This document shows, piece after piece, positions 62,326 through 64,000 of a stretch of DNA of 64,000 nt. Within the stretch, counting starts at the first letter, position 1; each line of letters begins with the position of its first letter. A program made the translations under genes and the position numbers. This DNA is from Heptranchias perlo (taxonomy: Eukaryota), in the NCBI RefSeq assembly GCF_035084215.1, contig NC_090353.1:14942001-15006000 (forward strand). The letters are read 5' to 3'. A model generated the notes under the pieces. It saw only the letters and a list, made by a program, of their open reading frames with translations. It did not search any database and was not told where the DNA came from.

Positions 62326-63399
62326 TTGATGAAGGCTTATAATGGAAATGTTAACTTGCCTTTTCTTATACAGACCTGCTGTGTGTTTCCAGCATTTGCA
62401 GGGTTTTTATCTGAACATGCACACTTTCTGGCAAGAGTTACTGAATAGCGATCAGAAGCAGGAACCTAGGCTGATTTCCCCTGCCCCCTCTTCCCTGACT
62501 CGGGCACTAGGGCCAGCTGTAGTGCCCCACTGGTATACCAGCTGAGATCAGCTAATTCGGCATCCAACGGGATGGAACCTTGGGCGTTCTGTGCCACCCA
62601 GTGGGCCATGGGGACAGCTGGTATCAGGTTAACTTTGCTACCAGCAGGACAGGGAGAAGCCATCCCTTGCAGTGGTGCACTGCACTGTTACGGGACAGCA
62701 GTGAATCCAGGTCTGAGATCTACGCCTCAGTCTGTGCTGAGCCTGTCGATCTCTGTTGGAGCACCAGTATTGCTGAAATATAAGTACGATGTAAGTTTAG
62801 CAGCGTCTTCCCATGAAAACACACTGGGGTGGAGTTTCCTCTGTTGTGCCTTGCATGTGGTGTTTGCAACATACCAAAGTCATACCTTTACTGGCTGGCT
62901 TGCCAGGACAGGCCCGTTGCTGCTGTGAAGCACACAGTTTCCCAATCTCAGACTACTAACTCTGTGTAACAAGTAACAGCGTTCCTCGCCAATGCACAGC
63001 AATACCAAACCTTGTGCCCAGTGACCTCAGGTCACTGTCCAATCTAACCACTCCTCCCTCGCTCCCTGGCTGCCAGTACCATGTAGGGCTCGCTTAAGGG
63101 GGGGGCCTCAAAAATCTATGAAGTATCTTTGGCCCGTACTGTGCACCATCTGTAAAGCATATTTAAGAACTGACAGAAACATTTTTAACAATTCTGGCAC
63201 CGAATCACTCGTTTTATAATCAGGCTTTTGCACCGCCTGTATCAGCTCCACTATTAAGGTTTTTTTTTTATGTCTGATTATTATTGGAACGTTCTAACAC
63301 AGAACATCAGAACTTATTAATATTGACCTGCAGTGGTTAATTTAAAAGTTTAACAAGTTGGCTTTGATTCTCCCGCCTCCCCCCGACCCCCCTCCCTCA

Positions 63400-63790
63400 C
63401 CCTGGTTCGGTTGGTGAATGCACCAACCCAGTATGGAGAATGAACTGAGCTCTAATGTGGAGCCCTGGTCTATCAATCTCAGTCAGACCAGCAACTCAAG
63501 ACAGTGCAATTGGCCTCAGTTCCTCCTGGGCTACAAAGTGGTGGAATCAGGCAAAGGAAATGGACCAAGGTTCTTACTGGTGCATCTGCCACTGGGTAAG
63601 GACACGATCCAGCTCAACTATGGTGCTTTATGTGGTTGAATAGGCTGACAACAGTCACTGTCCAAGCTCACACATGCAGAATGGCCACTTGAGTGAGGTT
63701 CAAGAAGGTGGCTGCATCCATGGAACCATAACCCAGCACAACTTTGCATTTTCTGGAGACATGGGGAGCAAAGTGGAGGGGGTGGGGCAG
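63400..63790 (+). mobile_element. SINE-X copy just upstream of the main exon
   Basis: caattggcctcag; gctcacacatgcagaatggccacttgagtgagg; ccatggaaccataacccagca. Confidence 0.65.
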
Positions 63791-63876
63791 TGGGGGTGGA
63801 GAGAACTATTCCATTAAACATCTCAGATGGGACTTGGTGGTGGTGTTCTCTAATATGGAGTTGTTTCGTTTTTCAG

Positions 63877-64000
63877 AGACAATGGATGTCTTCAACACCA
63901 AAAACCTGGCCTTGCAGGCACAGAAGAAACTTCTGGGCAAGATGGCGTCCAAAAGCATGGCCAATATCTTCATTGATGACACAAGCAGTGAGGTGTTGGA
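63877..64000 (+). CDS. TNFAIP8L1: TNFAIP8 (TIPE) family protein, main exon, truncated by window end; best match TNFAIP8-like 1
   Basis: Acceptor gtttcgtttttcag|; ATG at 63882 gives [39 protein letters not shown]. Family assignment is clear; L1 is favoured by MD-x-F-x-TK, LQAQKKL, KMA and [10 protein letters not shown]. Confidence 0.88.

Overview
Repeat-rich eukaryotic DNA, most likely from a cartilaginous fish (shark). This is inferred from Deu-domain SINEs of the SacSINE1 type, abundant CR1 and L2 LINE fragments, and Penelope-like elements (PLEs). The only host gene I can support is a TNFAIP8-family gene on the + strand, best matching TNFAIP8L1/TIPE1. Its main exon starts at 63877 and runs off the window. 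It has a probable 28-nt coding 5' exon at 48944-48971 and a candidate promoter with non-coding first exon at about 28.0-29.2 kb. Other content: a 32-bp minisatellite (1-1854) that explains the long spurious ORFs, a full-length decayed two-gene PIF/Harbinger transposon (34143-38090), several MITEs, and about 19 copies of a tRNA-headed SINE I cannot name ('SINE-X'). The most striking signal is a set of six young PLE insertions. Four of them carry intact minimal type-I hammerhead ribozyme motifs. Four are fold-back palindromes with target-site duplications, and two of those place a hammerhead on each strand. All four insertions of one PLE subfamily sit inside SINE-X copies. All calls were made by eye; no database search or folding program was run, and boundaries of old repeats are approximate.
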